Below the pieces are notes generated by a model that was not told where the DNA came from, did not search any database, and was given only the letters and a program-made list of their open reading frames with translations. Source: Verrucomicrobiota bacterium (GTDB lineage: Bacteria; Verrucomicrobiota; Kiritimatiellia; CAIQIC01). Taken from it: 64,000 nucleotides of DNA. The DNA is taken from NCBI GenBank assembly GCA_004321905.1, contig SCQF01000046.1:25614-89613 (forward strand), in the 5' to 3' direction. The number at the start of each line of letters is the position of its first letter. Within the stretch, counting starts at the first letter, position 1. Shown here piece by piece: positions 46,854 through 55,918 of this stretch. The position numbers were made by a program, and so were the translations under genes.

Positions 46854-47900
46854 TCAGCAAAAAATTTCGTGCAGCGTCGCGCGCACATCGGCGACGGAAT
46901 GGAACGACATCAACCGCTGCATCAAGACGCGCTGGTGCGGTCGGCCCCGTAGCAGTAACGAAGCATGCGTACGGAATTGCATACAGGCAGATTCTTCGGC
47001 GGAGTAGCGCAAACGGCGGCGATGACGCTGCTCCAACTCGGCGAGCTTGATCAAGCCGTCCAACATTTCCAGCAAGGCCTCCACGCGCTCCGCCGGCGTG
47101 GGCGGCGTCCACGGGCGATTTTCTAGGCGGCAGGCGATTTCCGCGAACAGCCACGGATTGCCGATGGCGGCGCGCCCGATCATGATGCCGTCCACGCCAT
47201 TTTCCCGCCACAGGCGCAAGGCCTCATCGGCCGAGGTTATCCCGCCGTTGCCGAAAATCGGAATGCTGCGCTCCTGCTTAATCCGTGCGATCAGGCTCCA
47301 ATCCGGCGGCCCGGCATGACGTTTGGCGGCCACTCGTCCGTGGAGAAAAATCGCCGCCGCTCCACCCTCCTCAAGGGCCTGCGCAACCTCGGAGATATTG
47401 ATGCGGTTGGCCGCCAAACCAACGCGCGTCTTCACCGTCACCGGTAATTTGACGGCCGCACACACCGCTTGCACCACCCGTTTCAAATGGTTGGGATCGC
47501 GCAGCAGTCCCGCGCCTTCGCCACGCCGCATAATTTTGGGCACGGGACAGCCGGCATTGATATCAATCGAATCGAAACGCCCCAACGACTCGGCGACAGC
47601 CGCGGCGCGCGCCATGATGTCGGGATCGCGCCCGTAAATATGGGCCGCCAGCGGACGTTCAGCGGGCCACGTCTCCAGGAAATGCAACGTCTTGGCCTGG
47701 CCGCGCGCAAGACCTTCGGCACTGGTCAATTCTGTGACGGCCAAGCCGCAACCCTGGCGGCGACATAATTGGCGAAACGGCGGCGAGGTGATGCCCGCCA
47801 TCGGCGCCAAAACGACTGGCGGCGAGATCGTCAAAGCGCCCAACGATACGGATGATTTGAGCGGCTGCGGTTGATGGGCGAGGCTCATACGGCATACCAC
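46854..47900 (-). CDS. tRNA-dihydrouridine synthase (Dus family)
   Basis: LAPMAGITSPPFRQLCRR...IDINAGCPVPKI...KTRVG are Dus TIM-barrel motifs. Confidence 0.85.
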   Translation of the reverse strand: MVCRMSLAHQPQPLKSSVSLGALTISPPVVLAPMAGITSPPFRQLCRRQGCGLAVTELTSAEGLARGQAKTLHFLETWPAERPLAAHIYGRDPDIMARAAAVAESLGRFDSIDINAGCPVPKIMRRGEGAGLLRDPNHLKRVVQAVCAAVKLPVTVKTRVGLAANRINISEVAQALEEGGAAAIFLHGRVAAKRHAGPPDWSLIARIKQERSIPIFGNGGITSADEALRLWRENGVDGIMIGRAAIGNPWLFAEIACRLENRPWTPPTPAERVEALLEMLDGLIKLAELEQRHRRRLRYSAEESACMQFRTHASLLLRGRPHQRVLMQRLMSFHSVADVRATLHEIFC

Positions 47901-47906
47901 GGCGCG

Positions 47907-48935
47907 TCAGAATTTACGCAGCAATCCATGTTTATAGAGCTGGCAAATCAACTGCACATCGAGCTGATGCCCGGCCTTGAAAGAAACAATCTCGCCACAA
48001 AAGCGACCATCTTCAATCAAAGCGATGGCGGCGAGCAAATCCAACGCGGCACGATGCCAAACCACTTCCAAGGATTTCTCGCCATGCAGCAACTGCGGTG
48101 CATTGCGATAGTTGCGGCGACCGGCGATGAGAATGTTTTCGCGGCTGTAACCGAGATTGCGAATATCGGCGAAAAGCTTACCCAAGGTTTGGCAATAAAG
48201 CATTTTCCACGCGGGCGTATTGGTGCGCGCCGCCGCCGCATAGCGGAAACGTTCCGGATGCACACGAAAACGCACGCGTTGCCGCCCAATGACGTTGGGG
48301 AAGTCCACCGCGCAATCCACCCGCAATTCGGGTTGTGCCGTGCGGCACGGCGCCAGCGCCAAAAAAGCACCCGACGGCGAACAAAGCACGACCGGTTCTT
48401 TGACGGTGACCCATGTCGCGGGCTGCTCAAGCTCCTGCACCCCTGCGGATTCGACGGCTTGCACCAAGTCCATGCTGCCGTGGATGAACAACGGCGGATC
48501 ACCGGCGTCGGTACGCAACAACACATGATCCAAGCCCAACCCCACTTTCAGGGCAATGATGTGCTCGACCATGCGCAGATAGTTGTGCGGCGGGCCGGCA
48601 CGTAACACAATATTGCTGACCACATCGCCGGTCGTCCAAACATTACGCGCGGCGACGAGGAACGGCAGCGCATCCGTTTGGTCGCTCCGTTCAATCCACC
48701 AACCGCCGGATTCACGCGGCTCAAAGGTCAAGGTGCGGATGTGTTTTCCAAAAAATGTTCCGGGACCTTGGACCGTGAACGGACGCCGTAACGTGGTCTG
48801 CCGCACCGGTAGCGTTGGCAGGCGTTCATCCATCAAATCCCAGTCTACCGGCTGTTGGGCAAACGCCGCGTAACCCTGTTCCAGGGCGTGCGGCGGACCG
48901 GCCAGTAATCGTCCGAGTGGAGGTGCAGAAATCAT
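47907..48935 (-). CDS. lpxC: UDP-3-O-acyl-N-acetylglucosamine deacetylase
   Basis: RQTTLRRPFTVQGPGTFFGK...MVEHIIALKVGLGLDH...PLFIHGS follow the LpxC pattern. Confidence 0.82.
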   Translation of the reverse strand: MISAPPLGRLLAGPPHALEQGYAAFAQQPVDWDLMDERLPTLPVRQTTLRRPFTVQGPGTFFGKHIRTLTFEPRESGGWWIERSDQTDALPFLVAARNVWTTGDVVSNIVLRAGPPHNYLRMVEHIIALKVGLGLDHVLLRTDAGDPPLFIHGSMDLVQAVESAGVQELEQPATWVTVKEPVVLCSPSGAFLALAPCRTAQPELRVDCAVDFPNVIGRQRVRFRVHPERFRYAAAARTNTPAWKMLYCQTLGKLFADIRNLGYSRENILIAGRRNYRNAPQLLHGEKSLEVVWHRAALDLLAAIALIEDGRFCGEIVSFKAGHQLDVQLICQLYKHGLLRKF

Positions 48936-48943
48936 GGGTGTTT

Positions 48944-49408
48944 TCAGGGTTTGATCGGCAGGGAGTTATCCGCCGCGGGTGGCGCTTGGGCATCCAATTC
49001 GCTCACGACGCGTTTGAAACACTCGGGACAAATACCATGCGAAAATTCCGCACGGGAGTGCTCGCCAATATATTTTTCCAATTGCTCCCACGACTGGTTA
49101 TCGAGTTTAATTTTTTTGCAATAGGTGCAAATACGCAGGAAGCCTTGCAGAATGCGCTTTTGTTGCGCATAGGTATGGGCCACTGTAATGAACCCAATCA
49201 CGATGATACCCGCCGTCAGGATGGAGGTGCCCAGCCACGAGTTGCCCGGCTTGGGCGTTCCAAAGAAAACGTCCGAGAGATCAAGCACCTGATCCGCCCA
49301 AATCAGCGCCAAGAGCAATATGAATCCCAAGAATTGCCAAAAGGCAATCCATTCCAAAGGATTGCCCATCCCCTCCCGGCATGCCTGACTTGTCTTCTTC
49401 GTTTTCAT
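48944..49408 (-). CDS. Hypothetical membrane protein with C-terminal CxxC...CxxC zinc-ribbon; low-GC gene next to tRNA-Met
   Basis: Two TM helices, then CTYCKK...CPEC. Local GC is about 50%. Confidence 0.5.
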   Translation of the reverse strand: MKTKKTSQACREGMGNPLEWIAFWQFLGFILLLALIWADQVLDLSDVFFGTPKPGNSWLGTSILTAGIIVIGFITVAHTYAQQKRILQGFLRICTYCKKIKLDNQSWEQLEKYIGEHSRAEFSHGICPECFKRVVSELDAQAPPAADNSLPIKP

Positions 49409-49460
49409 GGCGTTAACCTAATCCACCCCCGCCCAAGCTAAAGTTTGCACCTACCACTCG

Positions 49461-49537
49461 TGGTGGGCCTGGTAGGGCTCGAACCTACGACCAAAGGATT
49501 ATGAGTCCTCCGCTCTGACCAACTGAGCTACAGGCCC
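49461..49537 (-). tRNA. tRNA-Met (anticodon CAU; elongator-type or possibly tRNA-Ile2)
   Basis: Hand-folded on the minus strand: acceptor GGGCCUG/CAGGCCC, D-arm GCUC-AGUUGGUCA-GAGC, anticodon stem GAGGA/UCCUU, loop CUCAUAA, T-arm GUAGG-UUCGAGC-CCUAC, encoded CCA. Confidence 0.85.
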
Positions 49538-49687
49538 ATACGTCAGGGGCATTAAACCAGTTTCTCGCCCCCGGTGCAATCATCCGCGCCAATGGGCAGA
49601 ACGTTAAACACGGGGATACACCACAGTGAAGGGCGCTTTACGCATGGAACTATGCTAGCCTCCTCGCGTAGCCATCAGTGGCTAGCT

Positions 49688-49849
49688 ATGAATAAACTTT
49701 GTATCTTTATTGGCGTCATGGTGTTCAGCTGGATGGGCTGGTGGCTCGGGGCCAAAATTGGCACCATGACGGGGTTTGCGCTCAGCAGTATCGGAAGCGT
49801 GGTGGGCGTCTACGTCGGCTGGCGCATCAACCGTGATTACCTCGGCTGA
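49688..49849 (+). CDS. Small two-TM membrane protein (53 aa), hypothetical
   Basis: MNKLCIFIGVMVFSWMGWWLGAKIGTMTGFALSSIGSVVGVYVGWRINRDYLG; Gly-zipper-like TM helices. Confidence 0.35.
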   Translation: MNKLCIFIGVMVFSWMGWWLGAKIGTMTGFALSSIGSVVGVYVGWRINRDYLG

Positions 49850-49871
49850 CCGTCCTTTCTTGCGGCACGCA

Positions 49872-51008
49872 TCAAACCAATTCGGCAAAAACACGATCGC
49901 TAATGAACAGGCTGCGCTCTGTCAGGCGCAAGCGTCCGGATTCCAATTCCAACAGCTCCAAAGCAAGCAGGCGCGGCACGGCATCGCCACCGAGGGCCAG
50001 CGCATCGAACCCCGTCTGTTGCCGAAAAACCGCGAGCTCCACGCCATTGAGCAGGCGTAAGCCCACGATCAGTGTTTCACGCGCCTTGGCTTCCGGCGCC
50101 AGTTGTTCCTCAAAATCACAGGGCGACCGCCCGTTCGCGATGCGCCGGCAATACTCGTCCAAATCTTCAATGTTGGATCGCCGCCGCCCGGCCACATGCG
50201 CGTGCGCCGCCGGCCCACAGCCGAAGTACTCGCCACCGCGCCAGTAGTTCAGATTATGCAAACATTCACGGCCCGGTCGCGCAAAGTTGGAAATTTCATA
50301 GTGCTGAAAACCTGCGCTTTTCATTTCGCGGCGGATCGCATGATATTGCTCGGCCTGCACCTCGTCCGGCACCTCGACAACTGCGCCGCGCGCACATTGC
50401 GCCGCCAGCGGCGTATCGGGCTCAACGGTGAGCGCGTAACAAGAGATATGGTCAGGCTGCCACGCCAAGAGCCCATGCAAGTCATTCAACACCGCGTCCG
50501 TTGTTTTGCCCGGTAGCGCGTACATCAAATCCACGCTCACGTTCTCGAACCCCGCCGTGCGGAGCAGTTCAAAACTCATCCGTGCATCGGCGGCGGTATG
50601 GATACGACCCAGCCGCTCCAGCATCGCATCGTCGAGCGTCTGCACGCCAAGCGATGCGCGGTTCATGCCGGACGCCCGCAGCAAGTCCGCCTTCGCCGGC
50701 GTCAGCGTCCCGGGATTTACCTCCACCGTCCATTCGCGCACCGCGGCACGCCGCACCTGTGGACGTAATAGGCCGAGTAAATTTTCCAATTGCCGCTGCG
50801 ACAAGGCCGTCGGTGTGCCGCCGCCGATAAAAAGGGTATCGGGCGCGAAGTTCACGGGCAGGGCTGCGAGTTCCTTTTCCAAGGCTTGGAAAAAGTCGGC
50901 GATCCGTTTTCCAAGGCCTGGAACTTTTGCGGCCAGCGGCAGCGAATAAAAACCGCAATAGACGCATTTGCTTTCGCAAAACGGAATATGGAGATACAGC
51001 CCGGCCAT
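49872..51008 (-). CDS. hemW: Radical-SAM heme chaperone HemW / oxygen-independent coproporphyrinogen-III-oxidase-like protein (in-frame palindromic-element insertion)
   Basis: MAGLYLHIPFCESKCVYCGF radical-SAM CxxxCxxC. The segment AKVPGLGKRIADFFQALEKE is encoded by the element at 50876-50924. Confidence 0.85.
   Translation of the reverse strand: MAGLYLHIPFCESKCVYCGFYSLPLAAKVPGLGKRIADFFQALEKELAALPVNFAPDTLFIGGGTPTALSQRQLENLLGLLRPQVRRAAVREWTVEVNPGTLTPAKADLLRASGMNRASLGVQTLDDAMLERLGRIHTAADARMSFELLRTAGFENVSVDLMYALPGKTTDAVLNDLHGLLAWQPDHISCYALTVEPDTPLAAQCARGAVVEVPDEVQAEQYHAIRREMKSAGFQHYEISNFARPGRECLHNLNYWRGGEYFGCGPAAHAHVAGRRRSNIEDLDEYCRRIANGRSPCDFEEQLAPEAKARETLIVGLRLLNGVELAVFRQQTGFDALALGGDAVPRLLALELLELESGRLRLTERSLFISDRVFAELV
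50876..50924. repeat. Paired palindromic dispersed element, in-frame inside hemW
   Basis: cttttccaaggcttggaaaaa-N12-tttttccaaggcctggaa. Confidence 0.9.
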
Positions 51009-51014
51009 GACGCG

Positions 51015-51296
51015 CTATTTTTCTTCGCCAAGGGCGAACATACGTTCGAGATCGTGCCGCGAGAAAACCTGGAAGGCGATGAGGGTTTCTGACCGCGTAA
51101 TACCGGCAACCTGCAGCATCTGGCGGGTCACGATTTCCGCCAGGGCCTCGTTGTTTTTGACGCGCAGAATGGCCACGAGATCATAGCGCCCAGCCACGGA
51201 AAAAACCTCCGTGATACCCGCCAGACCCGCGAGCCGTTCTGCTACTTCGTTCACCTGCCCCCGTTCGGTATTCAGCAGCACCATAGCCGTAATCAT
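51015..51296 (-). CDS. Stand-alone AsnC/Lrp C-terminal (RAM/ACT-like) domain protein
   Basis: 93 aa; ITEVFSVAGRYDLVAILRVKNNEALAEIV matches the Lrp/AsnC ligand-binding domain. Confidence 0.6.
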   Translation of the reverse strand: MITAMVLLNTERGQVNEVAERLAGLAGITEVFSVAGRYDLVAILRVKNNEALAEIVTRQMLQVAGITRSETLIAFQVFSRHDLERMFALGEEK

Positions 51297-51320
51297 GATT
51301 GTATGCTCCTCTTGATCGGT

Positions 51321-52046
51321 TTACCAAAAATGGTAATCACCCGTGGCCACTATGTAGATCCCCAGCAGGTAGTTGGTGATGCCGTGGGTGATGATCGCCG
51401 CCCAAAGGTCGCGCGTGCGCAGCAGCACCCAGCCGAACGCCAACCCGGCGAGAATGCCAGCGAACCACTGCGTATGTTCAAAGCCAAAGACGATGTTCAC
51501 GGTCAGGAAGATGAAGGGATGGAATTGCCCCAAATCCACCTGCCAGAATTTTCCGCCCAGCATCCAGCGATAGATGAAACTGCGCCAGAACAATTCCTCA
51601 CACGCAGCGATCGTCACGGAGGTGCCGAACAGCTTGATCGCTACCAGTGGCCAGCCACAGGTTTCCGGCGCAAAGGGCCAAACCTTGGGCAACGCCGGCG
51701 CGCCTGACCACGGTTGCACGGCGAGATAACTCATATAAAAATTGTGGAACGACGGGCAATGCGTTTGCATCCACGGCGTTTCCGGCACGACCCAGATGGC
51801 AAACACCACGAGGCCCACCCCGAGTGCCAGCGGCAAATGCCGCACACGCAGCGGCGCATACCAGCGCCACGGACGCACCGCGAGCAGCAGCAAGGTACAG
51901 AGGATGGTTTGCATCGTGTAGCGCATCGCCGGCTTGATCTGCGGCACGTCCAGCCCGATCATAATCGTCACCCACAGGACGTACGGTGCGATGTGCGCGA
52001 CATAAGCCATTCGGCCGTGGTTGAGGCTTTGGACTTCCGGTTGCAT
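51321..52046 (-). CDS. CPBP-family intramembrane metalloprotease (CAAX protease-like)
   Basis: Multi-TM with EELFWRSF and FGFEH-type motifs. Start set at MQPEV, downstream of the palindromic element. Confidence 0.65.
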   Translation of the reverse strand: MQPEVQSLNHGRMAYVAHIAPYVLWVTIMIGLDVPQIKPAMRYTMQTILCTLLLLAVRPWRWYAPLRVRHLPLALGVGLVVFAIWVVPETPWMQTHCPSFHNFYMSYLAVQPWSGAPALPKVWPFAPETCGWPLVAIKLFGTSVTIAACEELFWRSFIYRWMLGGKFWQVDLGQFHPFIFLTVNIVFGFEHTQWFAGILAGLAFGWVLLRTRDLWAAIITHGITNYLLGIYIVATGDYHFW

Positions 52047-52092
52047 GCAAAGTTTTCGCCATTGTAAGGAAAAACTTGCGAATGGCGACGCT

Positions 52093-52144
52093 TTTTCCAA
52101 TGATTGGAAACATATGAACGACCTTTTTCCAAGCCTTGGAAAAG
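52093..52144. repeat. Paired palindromic dispersed element
   Basis: tttttccaatgattggaaa-N14-tttttccaagccttggaaaag. Confidence 0.9.
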
Positions 52145-53082
52145 CCGACGTGGCTGCGCGGCTTGATGCGTCCATCGCATCGCACCAGCAAAACTACTTC
52201 GCCCTGTTTTCCAGCCTGCTCGGCGGCATCGTCACCGATCCACGCTGGATGCTGGTGCCCGTGGACGATCATCTCGTCCATCGCGGCGATGGCGTGTTCG
52301 ACACCGCCAAGTGTGTCGCGGGTAATCTTTATAATCTCGAAGCGCACCTTGATCGGCTGGAAACTTCCGCCGCGCGTATCGCACTCCAAGCGCCGTTGGA
52401 CCGCCCCACCCTGCGCGCGGCGGTCATTGCCACGGTGCGTGCCGGCGGTCGCCGTGATTGCCTCGTCCGTATTTTGCTCGGCCGCGGCCCCGGCAGCTTG
52501 GGCATCAGTCCGCGCGATGCTCCGCGCGCCTCGCTTTACATCATCGCCTACGCCGGTCAGCCGCCCTTCATGACGACGCATCCCGGCGGCGCGCGAATCA
52601 TCACCAGCCGCGTGCCGGTCAAATCCGATTTTTTTGCGACGATCAAAACCGTCAACTATTTGCCGAACGCGCTGATGAAATTGGAAGCCGTGCAAGCCGG
52701 CGTAGACTTTGCCGTCGCGTTTGATGCTGAGGGCCACATGGCGGAGGGCGCGACGGAAAATTTCGGCATCGTGACGGCTGATCGCCGGCTGCGGCTGCCC
52801 GGCTTGGCACATATTCTCGCCGGCACGACCATGAAACGCGCCGCCGAACTGGCTGTTGAAATAGTGCGCGACATCGAACGCGGCGCGATCACGCGCACCG
52901 AGGCGCTGACTGCGTCCGAGGTTTTAATCTTCGGCACCACACCCGACGTCACCAGCGTCGTCGCATGGGACGGCCACCGTATCGGCGCCGGTCAGCCTGG
53001 CCCGGTCGGCCAGGCGCTGAACGCCCGCCTCCAGCGTGACATGCTGGAAAACCATGACTTGCTCACAGCGGTCTGGAAATAA
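52114..53082 (+). CDS. Class IV (fold-type IV) PLP-dependent aminotransferase (branched-chain/D-amino-acid aminotransferase or aminodeoxychorismate-lyase-like)
   Basis: VHRGDGVFDT...TIKTVNYLPNALMKLEA...EGATENFGIV are class-IV signature regions. The N-terminal residues (FPSLGK) are encoded by the palindromic element. Confidence 0.78.
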   Translation: MNDLFPSLGKADVAARLDASIASHQQNYFALFSSLLGGIVTDPRWMLVPVDDHLVHRGDGVFDTAKCVAGNLYNLEAHLDRLETSAARIALQAPLDRPTLRAAVIATVRAGGRRDCLVRILLGRGPGSLGISPRDAPRASLYIIAYAGQPPFMTTHPGGARIITSRVPVKSDFFATIKTVNYLPNALMKLEAVQAGVDFAVAFDAEGHMAEGATENFGIVTADRRLRLPGLAHILAGTTMKRAAELAVEIVRDIERGAITRTEALTASEVLIFGTTPDVTSVVAWDGHRIGAGQPGPVGQALNARLQRDMLENHDLLTAVWK

Positions 53083-53141
53083 CAGAGCACCATGATTTTT
53101 CTTGCATCCAGCATTTTCCCCGCTAGAGTACGCGCCGCGAC

Positions 53142-53218
<77 letters not shown>

Positions 53219-53222
53219 ATTC

Positions 53223-53256
53223 CAAGCCCGGTGGAAATTCCACCGGGCTTTTTTAT
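53223..53256 (+). terminator. Rho-independent terminator after the tRNA (AAGCCCGGTGGAA-A-TTCCACCGGGCTT followed by a T-run)
   Basis: Perfect 13-bp stem followed by TTTTTT; an identical copy lies at 53601-53634. Confidence 0.7.
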
Positions 53257-53533
53257 GGCGGCACCACATCCATATTGGGTCTATGTGCTCTGGTCGACAA
53301 CCGGTGAATGTTTTTATGTCGGCGTTACAGATGATCTCGATCGGCGGCTCGCGCAACACAACGACGGCAGCTCACAATGGACCCGCCGTTATGCCGGTTC
53401 ATGGGCATTGGTTTGGCAAAAATCATTCGACACCTTGGGCGTTGCACGCGCACATGAGAACCTGCTCAAGCGACAACGCGGCGGACACGGATTCTTCCAG
53501 CATACCGGTCTTGACCCAGCCATTTATCAATGA
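53255..53533 (+). CDS. Small GIY-YIG nuclease-family protein (YhbQ/UPF0213-like), second copy
   Basis: MAAPHPYWVYVLWSTTGECFYVGVTDDLDRRLAQHNDG...: GIY-YIG motif followed by R-X-H-N. Begins inside the duplicated terminator region. Confidence 0.75.
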   Translation: MAAPHPYWVYVLWSTTGECFYVGVTDDLDRRLAQHNDGSSQWTRRYAGSWALVWQKSFDTLGVARAHENLLKRQRGGHGFFQHTGLDPAIYQ

Positions 53534-53542
53534 CGCTCAACC

Positions 53543-53639
53543 GGCTCATAATCCCGCCGTGGCGGGATCATTGGTTCAAATCCAATCCCTGCTACCAATT
53601 CCAAGCCCGGTGGAAATTCCACCGGGCTTTTTTATGGCG
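53543..53639 (+). repeat. Partial diverged copy of the tRNA(CAU) 3' half plus terminator
   Basis: ggctcataa-tcccgccgtggcggga-tcattggttcaaatccaatccctgctacca followed by the identical terminator hairpin; lacks the 5' acceptor and D-arm. Confidence 0.8.
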
Positions 53640-53646
53640 TGATTTC

Positions 53647-54237
53647 ATGTCCATCGAAACTAGCCTGAGAATTTTCCCGCCCGACTGGACGCAGCCGATG
53701 CCGCTGCGCGATTTCTTCGGCAACGATCAGCCGATTGAAGTTGATTTGGGTTGCGGCAAGGGTCGCTTTCTTCTCGCACACGCCACGGCGCATCCCAACG
53801 TGAATTTTTTCGGCGTAGACCGGATGCTGCGCCGCATCCGCAAGGTGGACAACAAAGCGCGCCGACAGGCTCTGAGCAACATCCGCCTGATGCGCATGGA
53901 AGCCTACTACGCCACTACCTATTTACTACCGCCGGCCAGCATCGCCACCTACTATATTTTTTTTCCTGACCCGTGGCCGAAGAAACGACACCACGAACAC
54001 CGGCTGTTCAATTCACGCTTCATGGATGCGCTGCACCGCACGCTCACGCCCGGCGGCGGCGTACACTTCGCCACCGACCATCTACCCTACTTCGCGGAAG
54101 TCTGCGCGTTGATTCGCGCCGACCGCCGTTTTGCCGAAATTCCGCCGTTCGTGCCCGAACCCGAAGAGCAGACCGATTTCGAGCGTTATTACATTGGCCG
54201 GACGCCGATTGGCCGGTTTTCCTTTCGGAAAACATAA
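53647..54237 (+). CDS. trmB: tRNA (guanine46-N7)-methyltransferase
   Basis: IEVDLGCGKGRFL...FPDPWPKKRHHEHR are TrmB SAM-MTase motifs. Start set at MSIETS. Confidence 0.88.
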   Translation: MSIETSLRIFPPDWTQPMPLRDFFGNDQPIEVDLGCGKGRFLLAHATAHPNVNFFGVDRMLRRIRKVDNKARRQALSNIRLMRMEAYYATTYLLPPASIATYYIFFPDPWPKKRHHEHRLFNSRFMDALHRTLTPGGGVHFATDHLPYFAEVCALIRADRRFAEIPPFVPEPEEQTDFERYYIGRTPIGRFSFRKT

Positions 54238-54256
54238 TTTTCCAAGGCTTGGAAAC
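54217..54256. repeat. Palindromic element (degenerate unit ttttcctttcggaaaa plus canonical unit)
   Basis: ggttttcctttcggaaaac...ttttccaaggcttggaaac. Confidence 0.7.
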
Positions 54257-54325
54257 TGGCATAGATTTTCAGCTTTATTTGCGACGGTGCTTACGGTAGC
54301 GTGCGTAGCGTCCAACAGGAAAGGC

Positions 54326-55324
54326 AATCAATCCATGAAGAAATTTGTTTTGGGTCTCGCAGTACTGGGGGCGCTGAGTTTGGCAGGCGTGTCGGCACAA
54401 GAAACTGACAACCTGAATGCAGAAATCAGCGCGTTGTTTAGTAAATTCGAGTCCATGGGTCACGGCTATTACACGCAAGCGGAATGGAGTCGGCTCAGTC
54501 AGCAGATGGACGCCATCGCCACGCGCGCCGAAACCGCCAAAGCATGGGATCAATTGGTCGAACTGAACCGAATCAAAGCGATGGCGCTGGGTCAGTTGAT
54601 GCGCGACCCGACGGCGGCCGTCGCCGTACTCAAGACCACGCTCACCAAATACGGTCAACTCGCTCCGGCGAAGATGGGCCGCATCTACGCGCTACTGGCG
54701 GATAATTATGCCCAGCTGGGCAACGAAGCGGAAATCACCACGCTCATCAAAGAATTTGAACAGAGCGCTTATTACAACGCCGAGCAGTATCCGTTCTCCG
54801 GCGGGCAAGGTACCGAAGTGCCGCTGACCGTGACGCGCCCCGCCGCGAAAGGCGCGGCTTCGATCATCGTCACCATGATGGAGCGCGCCCGTCGCAAAGC
54901 CACCTTTGGCCCGGGCAAAGTTTTCCCCGAGGCGACGCTCACCACGCTGCAAGGGCAAACCATCGCACTCGCGTCATTACGCGGCAAAGTGGTGTTAGTG
55001 GAATTTTGGATTCACGGACGCATGCTGCACCAGCGCCTGGTCCAGCAGATGAGGACCGCCTACCAGTTGCATCAGAAAGACGGCTTGGAAATTGTCAGCA
55101 TCAACCTCGAACCGAGCGAGGCATCGGCCACCTTGGCCGCCGATGCTCAGCGGCTGGGGATGAACTGGATTGTGACGACGCCGAACACGGAGTTGACGCA
55201 CAAGCTGGCGATCTTCGGCGACGCCACCAACTTCCTGCTCGACCGCAACGGCACCATCGTGACGCGCGATCTGCACGAAGCCGGCCTGCTGCAATCCGTC
55301 AAAGACGCCCTCGGCGTGCGCTAA
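54326..55324 (+). CDS. Hypothetical secreted protein with C-terminal thioredoxin-like (TlpA-like) fold lacking the CxxC motif
   Basis: Signal peptide MKKFVLGLAVLGALSLAGVSA; GKVVLVEFW resembles a redoxin beta-strand but no catalytic Cys pair is present. Confidence 0.5.
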   Translation, partial: NQSMKKFVLGLAVLGALSLAGVSAQETDNLNAEISALFSKFESMGHGYYTQAEWSRLSQQMDAIATRAETAKAWDQLVELNRIKAMALGQLMRDPTAAVAVLKTTLTKYGQLAPAKMGRIYALLADNYAQLGNEAEITTLIKEFEQSAYYNAEQYPFSGGQGTEVPLTVTRPAAKGAASIIVTMMERARRKATFGPGKVFPEATLTTLQGQTIALASLRGKVVLVEFWIHGRMLHQRLVQQMRTAYQLHQKDGLEIVSINLEPSEASATLAADAQRLGMNWIVTTPNTELTHKLAIFGDATNFLLDRNGTIVTRDLHEAGLLQSVKDALGVR

Positions 55325-55330
55325 GCTGCT

Positions 55331-55918
55331 GTGCCCTCGCCTGTCGGTCATAGCCTGATCGGCCTGACGCTCGGCGTGGCGTTTTTGGTTGCGCGGCGGC
55401 GAACGGAAGGGTGGCACAAGTGGTTGGGCGAAAATCGCGGCAGTCTGTTGACCACGGTCATTGCCGCCAACGCGTGCGATCTTGATTACCTACCCGGCTT
55501 GTTGATCGGCGCGCCCAATTCCATGCACCGGTGGCTGGGCCATACCGCGCTATGGGCCGCATTAGCGGGCATCATCATCTGGCTGCTCTGGCGACGCCTC
55601 GCGCCCCGGCTTCCACGCGGGGCACTGCCGGTGCTGCTCGCGGTCGCACTTTCCCACATCGTCGCAGACTATTTCGACGAGGACACCCGTGCGCCCTTTG
55701 GCATCCTCGCACTGTGGCCGTTCTATGACGGTTTTCTGATCTCCGCACATCCGATTTTTCTGAGCCTACAAAAAACGTCGCTCGCGGATGTGGTCTCGTG
55801 GCACAACGTTCGCGCCGTAACGCAAGAGGCGCTCTTGACGCTCCCGGCCTTGCTCGTCGTTGTGTTTTACAAATTGCGCCCGATCCGGCATGATGTCGCG
55901 CCAACGAAACCTGCATGA
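55331..55918 (+). CDS. Membrane-bound metal-dependent hydrolase (YdjM/DUF457-like)
   Basis: Multi-TM with H-rich motifs (SHIVADYFDED); family assignment by pattern only. Confidence 0.5.
   Translation: MPSPVGHSLIGLTLGVAFLVARRRTEGWHKWLGENRGSLLTTVIAANACDLDYLPGLLIGAPNSMHRWLGHTALWAALAGIIIWLLWRRLAPRLPRGALPVLLAVALSHIVADYFDEDTRAPFGILALWPFYDGFLISAHPIFLSLQKTSLADVVSWHNVRAVTQEALLTLPALLVVVFYKLRPIRHDVAPTKPA

Larger units (their letters stand above)
53219..53639 (+). mobile_element. Candidate mini mobile module: GIY-YIG ORF bounded by a 72-nt direct repeat of the tRNA 3' end plus terminator
   Basis: 53189-53260 versus 53568-53639, 71/72 identical. The anticodon-loop fragment ggctcataa is also present at 53543-53551. 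A GIY-YIG ORF lies between; no integrase. Confidence 0.55.
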
